This document shows positions 32,694 through 64,000 of a DNA stretch of 64,000 nucleotides, in pieces; the stretch's first letter is position 1, and the number at the start of each line of letters is the position of its first letter. The position numbers were made by a program, and so were the translations under genes. This DNA comes from Chrysomallon squamiferum (lineage: Eukaryota; Animalia; Mollusca), in assembly GCA_012295275.1 (NCBI GenBank), contig CM022668.1:5642001-5706000 (forward strand). Reading direction: 5' to 3'. The notes below the pieces were generated by a model. It worked only from the letters and a program-made list of their open reading frames with translations, was not told the DNA's origin and did not search any database.

Positions 32694-34708
32694 GGCTATG
32701 CACACTGATTTTTTAATATTTACCTATATATTTTTTTGGTACCTAATTAAATTAGGAAATTTTACAGGTGACAAAACAAACATATCACTGTTTGTGAATA
32801 ATTTACCTGTGTTAATTTATGCCTTTGACCTTAGGTTGAAATGAATAATAATAACATTATCTAGTCACTTTCATAGGTGAGACATAAAATATATTACGAT
32901 GTTCATTTTACCTTACAAATATACCTGTACTATTTTATACCTTCATGTGACAGGTAATGAGTTGGTTCATATTAGAGGTGAATAATGAATATGAATGTTA
33001 CAGGTGCACCCACACAAATCATGAATATTTTACCTGAATTACTTCACACCTGTACACTTGAGGTAATACCGAGTTGATTAATATTATGGCTAAAGTACAC
33101 ATTTGTTAATTCTGAAATTTTTTATTTTGAATTATTTTTTATATCTGTATGTTCAAAGTATTATTGATGTTGTTAATGATTACAGATAGTAAATAATGTT
33201 TTATTTACTTTGAATTATGTTAGAGATAGCACTGAATTTTTTTAGTTAATATAAATATTACAGGTAAAAATAAATTTCAAGTACTGTGTATATATATTCT
33301 GATATTTTACTTGAATTGTTTCCTCCCTGTATGTTAGTTAATTATAGATGAAAAATAAACTTCACAAATATTCAGAATTATGTTTCAAATACTATATATA
33401 TATGTTCTGAATATTTTACCTGGATAGTTTCATACCTGTATCTATTGTGTAATATTGAAAGAACTTATGTAATATTAAAGATAAAAGTATTTCAAGTTTT
33501 GCCTAGATTATTTCAAACCTGTAACTTAGAGGTAACACTGAAAGACGTTAGGTAACATTACAGGTAACATTAGGTAATAATGCAGGTGAAAATAGCTGCA
33601 AGCTGATGCAGGTAAATTGACATATCACTGACAGGAATTGTTTCATACCTGTATGTTCAAGGTAATACTGAAAAAAAGGTAATAATACTAATATTGACAT
33701 TAAAAATACACTTGTATCAAGGTAAACACATAGTCTGAATATTGTTACTTTAATTAGTTCATACCTGTAAATTTTACTTAGCAGTGATTATGTTTGAGGT
33801 AATATTGATAGAATTTATGCAACATTGGAGGCAAAAAGTAGTTCAAGTTATGAGAAATAAATAGATAGATAGATAAACTGATAGATATGCGTGTTCAGAA
33901 ACAGATAAACATACAGAACAAAATAGTGCAATTACATACATAATATCTACATACTTGTGTGTGTATGTACTTTAGATATACTAACATATAAGCACATACA
34001 CACACACACACACAATAAAATACACAATAAACAAACATATTTACAATGGATAAACTTGCAAACACACAAATCTGAAATAACCAATGTTTTTTCACCTTAT
34101 TAGCAAGCTAAAACTTTAACCACAACACAATATAATCACTAACCGACAAACGTTACAAAATAATCTTTAAAAAAACAACAAAAAAAACCTATATAACAAA
34201 AATCAGTTTTCTTCTTACCACAGCACATTTCAGCTCCATCTTAAACCTCACCCATCCTTGGTTTCTAATTTGTCACTAAAAACAACTCAGATATATATAT
34301 ACACACACACTGTTACATACAGGCCGTATCCAACTTCTGCGTAGTCACACACATACGTCTGGTACAAGCTGTCGCATGCAGACACTTTTCTTACTGCATA
34401 CCACTCGGCAACAGTGCGGATTAAATCTATTGTTCTTCTGTGGATGGGAATACGAAAAGAAATCTCGCCTATTGTCACACACATAAGTTTTGTGGATTAA
34501 CTCATTTAGCCACAGTGGGGCTGGAAAATGTCCAATGAAGCATGAAGGGGTTTGTGGGTATTAACAGACATTTTGACATTTTTTCAGTAAAAACTGGGAA
34601 GGGACAAATTTTCGTGTGGTCAGAGTGAGAGTTATGTTAAACGTTGTCGAGATTTGATTTGAAAAAAATCATTGACCTAGTTGTTGTTTGTTGCATATAC
34701 AAAACAAA

Positions 34709-34748
34709 ATGTTTACGCTGAGTAAAGGAACGTACAAGCCGTACAATG
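34709..34748 (+). CDS. Candidate upstream coding first exon of the villin gene (MFTLSKGTYKPYN-G)
   Basis: caaaATG...AAT G|gtaagt (perfect donor); splices in frame onto the acceptor at 35413 (G+GT TTA GCA ATG). Confidence 0.55.
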
Positions 34749-34914
34749 GTAAGTTTCACTGGCTGAATTTGATTGTGTGTTTGTGCATCAGTATGCAAGT
34801 CATTTTTGTCATTTGTATTCCTATATATTGCAATAATAATTATGTACATGATAATATTTAACAACAGCAATATTGATAATAATGTTTAATAATAATAACC
34901 TTAATGCTATCAGT

Positions 34915-35190
34915 AATTATATACATGATAATATTTATATTAATATATATGACAATATTTAGAGTAATATACATGGTAATATTTAGCAGTAATATAATAA
35001 TTTACACTAATATATGATAATATTTAGCAGTAATATACATAATATTTAGCAGTAATATATATGGTAATATTTAGCAGTAATATACATAATATTTAGCAGT
35101 AATATATATGGTAATATTTAGCAATAATATAATATTTAACACTAATATATATGATGATATTTAGAGTAATATTCGTGATAATATTTAATA
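34915..35190. repeat. AT-rich minisatellite (about 23-25 bp, atatacataatatttagcagta)
   Basis: Multiple tandem copies visible. Confidence 0.85.
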
Positions 35191-35420
35191 ATAAAGAGCT
35201 TAATGCTAATGCCAGTGCTAATAATTATAATCATAATAATACAAAAAAGAAGAAAAAGAAGAAGAAGAAGAAAGAAAAAGAGGTGAAAAATGATGATTTG
35301 ATGATGATCATACAATATTTTTTAGCAGTTTTCTGAGAGGGACTGAGTATTTTGAAAAATATTATGTTTGTAAATATATGTTTACTAAGTGTTTATTATT
35401 TTGTTTCAACAGGTTTAGCA

Positions 35421-56413
<20,993 letters not shown>

Positions 56414-58673
56414 GTGAGACATCTGTGAATGAATGAAAAACAAAACACTCGAGACACTCAATCATTTAACCTTTCTACATAATTCATAGTCGGTTATTAG
56501 GAAAATAAGAACTGGAAACAGTTTTTGGAATAGATTTTGTTTTATTCTTTTTTTTTTTTATTCTTTTTTTTTTTTTTGACAGTTATTAAAATCATTTTAA
56601 AAGTCTTTAAAATAAAAATTTCAAAACATGTTCACTTACAAAATGATTTTTTAACAAAATTAAATAAATAATTAAAAATAAATATAAATAAATAAGAAGA
56701 AAAGAAATGCGAAAAAACAAAACAAACAGTCAGTATTGTAATACAGTGGACCTCATATTGTTTCATTATCACAAGCAAAAACACATTTAATTTGTTTTAT
56801 TTAGAATTTTGTACAGCACATTCAGCAGTTTATTATTATTATTATTATTATTATTATTTATTATTATTATTATTATTTTTTTTTTATTATTATTATTTTT
56901 TTTATTTTTATTTTTTTTTAAATAAAACAATACAGTATATCAATAAATATAAACATGACTGGATTTTTCTAGTAACAATTCTGTACCATGCTGACAGTTC
57001 ATCTATCTCACATCTGTCAAATTAATTCATCAACATCTGTTATCATAATGAAAAAACAGTCTGTACATAGGGCTTTGGTGTTTGTGTTTCACAAAAGATT
57101 GAATCAGTTGTGTTTTTGTTTGTTTTTTGTAATTTTTAAATGAATTAAATTTTGGATTATGTTATTCAAGAAAGAGGAAGATGTAGTAGTAATGTTTGGA
57201 TTTATTATTCAGAACTGGAAATTGCTTATGATTTTTTTTTTTTTTTTTTTTTGATTATTTTGGTATTTTGGGATTGTAATTAAGAATTTTTTTTTTTTTA
57301 GGTTTAGTTAAAAATTTGTAAAATAAAATGTTCATGTGCAAAATATTACAGTTTATATTAAAATAAATTTACAAAATGTGTCAAAAAAAAAAAAAAAAAG
57401 AACAATTTATGTTTTCAAAAAAGATTTTTAAAGCTAATATTAATTTTCTTTGAAAATACAGGTAATATTAAGTATTAAAGGCTGTAATAAGGATAAAATA
57501 ATGAATAAAAGCTTTTTATATTGTATTTTTTATTTTTCTGTGCAATGTTTTTCTATTTTTATATTTCATTTACAAAATATTCCATTGTCTCCATTCCTCT
57601 ATACTTTTTAAATTTTTTATTTCATACACTATATAAACATATACATATATATATTTATATATGATTTCAAAATATGTTGATCTATGTTTCTTCAGTTGCA
57701 AAAATCTGATAAATGTTTTGAGAATATATATATATATATATATATATATTTTTTTGATCATTAATGGTTTATACATGTGCTTGAATATTATGAATATCTT
57801 TTGAATGTTGTATCTGTGCACACGCACACACACACATGTGTACACACACAACACACAGAAAGACAGCACATCAGTGACATACTGCATTTTCATTTTTCTC
57901 CAAAGATAAATTTTTAAGTCGTTCAATAATGAAGCTTTCAGGATAAAATGCAATCAGTTTCAACATTCCTAGAATATTTGTTTTTTTCTTTCTTTCAATT
58001 AAGAATGTAAAATAAAAATTTTATAAATTGTAGATAATGCTAGATAAAAAAGAAAACACATTACATTGTTACTCTATGTATTTAAGGAAGATTTTAAAAT
58101 TTAGATCTTATTTATGAAACTTTTGATATCTACTGTTTCATGAAGACATTATTTTTATTTTATTTTATTTTTTTTTTTTTTTTTGGTTTGGAGATAGGTA
58201 TATTTTCCAAAACCTAATACGTAAACTTTTGTGAAGACAAACAGCATATTTTTGATGAAGCAGATTACAAATAATTAAGAATCTACACATACAAGAAAAC
58301 AAAACAAACAAAACACATATCTATGTTGTGATGGTGTATTTTGTTTTTGTAATAGGGCAGTTTTCAGTTACTTGTTACGAAGTCATCAATGTACTGTTTT
58401 ATACTGACTATCTGGATACTTAATTTTGTTTATAAATGAGGCAATTTTCAGATATGTTATTCATTCTTAATACATAATCTGTTATAATTTCTCTTTTTTT
58501 TCCTTTTTTTTACCTCTTTGTCGTTCTTTTTATTTTTTTTTTTTTTTTTCGTTTTTTTCAGACTGGTCTCAGATATTTGTTATTAAATAACCAAATATAG
58601 AATCAGTCATCTGAAAGATGAAAAACTAATTTCTCAACGATTCATTCATTGGAAATCTCCTTACCTACCTTTA

Positions 58674-58894
58674 AATGTCAACAGATCTTTCTTTGATAAC
58701 CAAATTTCTTTGTTGAATATCTAAATCATTGTCTACATTCCTTAAGAATGTCAACAGATCTTTCTTTGATAACCAAATCTCTTTGTTGAATATCTAAATT
58801 ATTGTCTACATTCCTTAAGAATGTCAACAGATCTTTCTTTGATAACCAAATCTCTTTGTTGAATATCTAAATCATTGTCTACATTCCTTAAGAA
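58674..58894. repeat. 73-bp tandem repeat, 3 near-identical copies
   Basis: aatgtcaacagatctttctttgataaccaaat...cattccttaag starting at 58674, 58747 and 58820. Confidence 0.95.
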
Positions 58895-59754
58895 CTGAAA
58901 ATATTTCAATTTACTACAATTTTAAGATTTTTTGGCAGGGTCAGAAACAATTAAAGAGTAAAAATTACAAATATTTCTTTTATTAAAATAAATAAATTGT
59001 GTACTGTTTAATATTGATGTTTAAAATATATAGCAATATATGTTTCTTGTAATAAATTTTCTTTTTTTAAAAAATCTGTTTTTATTTTCTAATTATGAAT
59101 CTCAATTTAAAATGTGGAGTTTGTTTTGTTTTTTTGTTTTTTTAATAACTGTCCATCTGTGTGTCTGTCAGTTCTATAATTAATACAGTTGTTACTTATA
59201 TCTTAAATTATTTAATTTATTCTTAAATTTCAAATTTTTAATAAGATCTGTATTTTGTTTTTGTCACAGTGTATTGGAACATTCACAAAACTATCAAAAT
59301 ATCGTATAGAAATTAAATTTTGCAGAACTAGCGAACTGTAACTTAGAGTATTGTATACAGTTTACATTTTACTCAGCTGCAGAAACTACCAAATTATCAT
59401 AATGTATTCAGATAGCGAATCTACATATCATTATCATAATTTATTCAACTTAATTTGCATATGCAGGTGGCAGGGTAGTTTATACAGAGTACTTTAGTTG
59501 TTGAGAAACTATTGATAAGTGTGTTAAAACTTGAAACTTGAGGCTGTGTTGTTGTTATTGATAGCTAGGTACTAGTGGTAGTCGTAGAGTGAACTTACTT
59601 TTGTTGCATAATCTGATTAGTGAAATAAATACATGCAGTTGTCAATGTAATTTACAAATAATAATTTGGCTTGATTCTGTTATTGAGTAAGTAACTGCAT
59701 CAATTTCAAGCACTGTTTTGTGCAGGTTTTATTATTATTGTTATTATTATTATG

Positions 59755-59788
<34 letters not shown>

Positions 59789-62700
59789 TTTTTTTATCAT
59801 TATTCTTTGATCTTTTTCCTTTTCTTTTTTCTATTTTTGAAACCTTTTTCTTTTTTAAATTAATTTTTTTTTTCTTCTGTGTATAAATGATATTTTCTAA
59901 AAACAAGGATATTGCAAATTTGCCATTTGAGATTTAACAATTTAATGATTTGTAATTTCTTTTAATTTTTGCGTTTGTTATTTAAATGGCTCAAAAAGTA
60001 TTGCAAATTTGTGTTGTAGATTTAGCAGTTTAATGATTACAGATAACTTATGTTCTGATTTGTAAAAATTTAAGCATTTAAATTTAGTTTAAAAAAACAC
60101 TCTTTATGTTTTAATGTTTTCAATGTTTTAATGACGTTTTGATTCTAAATTCATTCATATGTTAAATTCTATTTTATACAAAACTTATCATATGTATATG
60201 ATATGTAAAGATATATAATCTATGAAATACTGGTGAATTCAGCTTAATATTTTATTTGTAGAATTACTTATGGCATACAGCTGTAGATCAGATTTATGTG
60301 ATAATGTTCATAATAATTTAACTCACCCAAAACTTCTTTGAGTAAATAAAAATATTGAAAATGGTAAAAAGAAACTGCATATTTTAAAATATTTTCATTA
60401 AACATATCAATGGCCAAAAAAAAAAAAAAAAAAAAAAATTATTGATTAGAAATTTAAAGTAACATCATAATGATAACAGTAAGAATATAAAATAAAAAAA
60501 TTATAAAAAAATAAAATAAAATAAAATAAAATAATATAAATTAAAATAAAACAATTATAAAAATAATAAAAATAAAGAAATTATAAAAATGAAATAAAAT
60601 TAAATTAAATTTAATAAAAATTATAGTTTAAAAAAATTTCAAAACAATTTTTTAAAAGCAGTTTTATTTCTCGGTGAGTGAGTCATATTTAAAAGAAAAT
60701 GTAGAATTAGATTTTAAAATTTCAGAAATAGTTTTGTCTAGTTTTTCAATATCTCATGTATTATCATTTGTCCACTTAAGAGAGGTGGTTGAATTAGACA
60801 GTGACTGTTTAATCAGGGCGCTTCTACATGTCATTTTTGCAGGTTCGTTTGGATTAGAGATGTGAATGCTTTAAATCATTATAACCCAAATCATTTTTTC
60901 TTTTTTCTTCTTAACACAATAAATTAGAAAACACTTTTATGACATTATTCTGAAAAATCCTCTCACTCATTCACCCTCTTTGATAAATCCTAGAACTTGC
61001 TCTTAAAACAGCTGTTCAGACTGTAGTTACTTCTGAGGATCTGAGAATGTTATTAAATTTCTTGAACAATAAAATAGTATTCTTGTTCAATTTGCTTTGG
61101 TTTTTGTTTTTATCTCCAAGAGATATAGATATAGATAGATAGATAGATATAGAGAGAGAGAATATTTGTTATTACATTTTCCAAAAGAAGGGTATTTAAT
61201 AATATTTAACAAAAAATACAGAATGTTAAATATTTTCAAATAAAAAGTAACAAAATAATTATTTACTGTTCTTGTTATTATTAATAATTATTTAAAAAAA
61301 TATAATTAGAAGGTGCATTCATTAATGACTTTATTGAACATAAAAATATATCACACATGATCATAAGAATGTGTATCACAAATAAATATATAAAAAGAAA
61401 TAATTTGTAATAATGGATGTTGATAGATATTTCTATTTGGTATAAAAAGTAAATAGAAAAATAAAAACAAGGCAGTCAGATATATACACATTCAAGATTT
61501 TCATTTTCTTGGATTTTCTGCCTTGAATCTTTATTTATTTATTATTTAATTTATTTATTTATATATTTCTTTCATTCTTGACCTATTTGACATATTTATT
61601 TATTTACCAAATATTACAAATAATGACAAATAACAGAATCTACAATAAACTGTGGTGTATTTTCTAGGTTTTATTCTGATTTAACTTTCTTTCTTTTTTC
61701 CCCCACAAAATCTTTTGATAATATTATATAAATAAGTATTTATAATTCTTTTATAAACAAAGGGATAAAAATTTGTTTGATATCTTCTGAAATCCATTAT
61801 TATGAAACTAATATACATATATATATATCTGATACATTTATGAATAAATACGTACATAGTAACATCACACTATTTGACATCACATTAAAAACAATATATC
61901 ACATTATTATTGTACATTTATCACATTTAAAAGATTCAGACTTATTCCAGTTTATTCATAATATTCACTATGTATTATCTGCTATTTTCACTAAACCAAA
62001 TATTAATTTTTAAATTTCAATCTGATGTATTTTAAATATCAAGGATGTGAAAAATTTATTCAAAAACAATGTAGGTGAATATTATTATTATCATTATTAT
62101 TATTATTATTATTTTATCACAGCAAACCCAGCTGTTTAAAATAATAATTTCAAAATTTCAAAATTCAGTTTATTATATTGTTCAGAATATTTATATATCC
62201 TTGAAAACAGTTATTTAATATCCTTCAAGAATTCATATCCTTAAATATCCTTGTAAACCCTACATACATTTGTTTATTTCCTATAAAATAGTCCTGTATA
62301 TTTCTTATCCTGAATATATATAATTAAAAATCCTTCAATGTCTTTGTTTTATATCCTTTAATACAGTTCATAAGTACATCCTTCATGTATTGGTCACAAT
62401 TCTTGATTATTATTTCTATACCTTCATATTCTTAAACATATCTTCATATCCTTTAATATATCACTGTATCTCAGTAGGTTTCAATATATCTCCATATCTT
62501 TCAGTATATATATATATATCCTTTCATATATCTATATATCCTTTAATGTAATCTTCATATCCTTAAAAACAGCTGTGTTGTATCCTGTCATATTTTCTAG
62601 AATTCCAGGATACAACTATTACTATTAAGTAAAAAAAAAAATAAAAAAATAAATTAAGTTCTCCAAATATTTTCAAAAGTATAAAAAAGGAGAAAAAAAA

Positions 62701-62898
62701 AAAAAAAAAGTTTTTATTTACAATCACATAAACACACTTTTACATATTAAAATCCCTTAAGACACTTGTATCCTTAACATTCCCAGAATGCTTGTTCAGT
62801 ATCCTGACAAGTGAGGAACTCAATGTTTCCAAAATCCGTCACTCCAATGTTCCCAGAATAATAGACGAAGGTGTCCGATGTCATTAGACGAGAGCTGT

Positions 62899-63207
62899 CT
62901 AGTGCTCAGGGTGAATGAGTTTGCTCAGCAGGTTTGACGTTGGGATTCGTTTGGGGAGGGCGATGAAGCGAGGCCGTGCTGTGATGTTGAACTCGTTGTT
63001 GAAAGCCTCAGTCATGATGTTGAGCAGGGTGTTCTCAAACACAGACTCCACAGTGTTCCCAAACTCAGGAGACCTGCGGAACAGAGGATGATAATAGTAA
63101 GATGATGATGATGATGATAATGATGATATGATGGTGATGATGATAATGATGATGATGATTATAACAGTTGTAGTAATAATAGTAATAACACATAATAATA
63201 ATAATAA

Positions 63208-63238
<31 letters not shown>

Positions 63239-63423
63239 AAAGATAATAACAAAATAATAACAATAATAATATAACAACAACAATTAATAGTAATTTTATG
63301 AGTATTACTCCTATTTCTGCTTTACTACTAATATTCAAAACTCAATTTTTTAATTACTTTCTTTTAAAGATAAAACATTTTCATAATTATATTTTAATTC
63401 AGTTTTTTAATCTTTTTAACTGT

Positions 63424-63467
<44 letters not shown>

Positions 63468-63746
63468 AATAAAATAAAATAAAATAAAATAAATAAAATA
63501 AATAAAAAATAAAATAAATAAAAAATACTTTTAAACAAGATATTTGAATAATAACACTTTAAATATATATTTTTTCACAAAAAAACATTTTATTAAAACT
63601 ACACCAGGCACCACTCACTTTTTAATGCTGTTTTTGTTTTTGAGCTCAGTCTCTGAATAAACCTCTTTAACAAGTTCTTCAATGGGGATTCTGCCAGACA
63701 GAGAGGCATGAAGAGAGTGCACAGACGCCATCCTACCTGCTTTCAT
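62899..63746 (-). CDS. CFAP65: 3' end of cilia- and flagella-associated protein 65 (CCDC108)-like gene; last two exons 63746-63619 and 63073-62899
   Basis: MKAGRMASVHSLHASLSGRIPIEELVKEVYSETELKNKNSIK-K|SPEFGNTVESVFENTLLNIMTEAFNNEFNITARPRFIALPKRIPTSNLLSKLIHPEH*. Phases fit (AA|G). It resembles the human CFAP65 C-terminal motif as recalled ([39 protein letters not shown]); not verified by search. AATAAA (minus) at 62713-62718. Confidence 0.75.
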
Positions 63747-64000
63747 CTGCAAGAAAAAATAAATAAAATATTACAACATAAAAACCCTCCAAAAACCCAC
63801 GTTTAATAATATTATAATATATTTTAATTTTAATGACGATAACACCAGTTTTTTAAAAATAACAGCACAGTAAGGTATAAGATTTTTATATTAACTACAA
63901 CTGAGAAGAAACCAGCTTTCACCAATCTTTAAAATAATTGTTTAGCAGTCACAGAGGTTTTATTTAAGATAAAGGTTAGGGCGAATCAGTTAAGTTAATG

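Noticed and set aside
58674-58894. Regularly spaced repeats (also 5162-5522 and 44265-44609) as a CRISPR-like array
   Set aside because: Head-to-tail tandem copies with no unique spacers, eukaryotic context and no cas genes.

Overview
AT-rich, microsatellite-dense animal genomic DNA. The repeat landscape resembles a mollusc, possibly an octopod cephalopod (inference only). Almost all ORFs in the supplied track are simple-repeat artefacts; the real genes are spliced and were rebuilt by hand from GT-AG exons with consistent phases. (1) 1-14.3 kb: a cluster of at least three paralogous type I membrane protein genes in +/-/+ orientation. Architecture: signal peptide, uromodulin/GP2/OIT3-type D8C-like Cys-rich domain, a 5-Cys EGF-like module, two EGF domains, TM helix and a Ser-rich tail. 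Gene A (minus, 7846-1673, 9 exons, 331 aa) and gene B (plus, 8520-14265, 8 exons, 399 aa) are head-to-head with 673 bp between start codons; the 3' end of a third paralog lies at 1-799. Gene A has an extra intron absent from B, and its donor is amplified into a 22-bp tandem array. (2) A Sola2-type non-autonomous DNA transposon at 28884-29796. (3) A villin/advillin gene (6 gelsolin repeats plus headpiece, 35421-56413, optional in-frame upstream exon 34709-34748); two exons are scrambled in a way that looks like assembly-consensus error. (4) The last two exons of a convergent CFAP65-like gene (minus, 63746-62899).
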